A stretch of 63,956 nt of DNA, counting the filler, from Octopus bimaculoides (Eukaryota), in assembly GCF_001194135.2 (NCBI RefSeq). It is 8 parts of 8 records of this genome, joined end to end, with 100 filler letters (N's around TTAATTAATTAA, not from the genome) between each part and the next. Parts side by side here need not be neighbours in the genome. Positions count along the whole stretch, not along the records: positions 62,849 to 63,956 come from NC_068992.1; 7 more parts are not named here. One strand, written 5' to 3'. This document shows positions 63,891-63,956 of the stretch, piece after piece. The translations under genes were made by a program, and so were the position numbers. Every line of letters begins with the position of its first letter. Position 1 is the stretch's first letter. The notes beneath the pieces were generated by a model. It worked only from the letters and a program-made list of their open reading frames with translations. It was not told the origin of the DNA and ran no database searches.

Positions 63891-63956
63891 TTTGTTAACT
63901 TTTTTTTATTGTAATTTTTGCACGTTTTCTGTTTCAAACCCCACTTGTCTCATATT

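Overview
AT-rich, microsatellite-saturated eukaryotic DNA with many N gaps. The repeat families and density suggest a coleoid cephalopod, most likely Octopus; this is an inference. No intact long ORF is present, and most ORF-track entries are microsatellite or gap artefacts. (1) Much of the window is decayed mobile DNA: mariner, maT/DD37D-like and Tc1 remnants; RTE, R4/Dong-like, HERO/R2-like and L1/Tx1-like LINE fragments; three Penelope-like (PLE) fragments; MITEs with clear TIRs; and several tRNA-derived SINE families. (2) A spliced + strand gene can be assembled by eye from short exons with canonical splice sites and compatible phases (20316-32446, possible last exon 50515-50655). It encodes an unrecognised ~174-aa, possibly secreted protein. 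(3) The most notable signal is a set of minimal hammerhead-ribozyme motifs of the PLE type. Six have type-I order: 51729-51798 and 52185-52233 with intact cores, 17939-17976, 38506-38543 and 40594-40630 with core position-6 variants, and a decayed copy at 104-135. All have an extra A after A9, and all but the mutated 38.5-kb copy have a palindromic stem III, which implies dimer cleavage. A second repeat family (47153-47310, 62480-62690) carries the hammerhead core halves in permuted order. (4) A 289-nt near-perfect foldback (800-1088) lies in a putative 5' region. All calls are by-eye recognition; no alignments, folding or database searches were run, and ribozyme activity is inferred, not shown.
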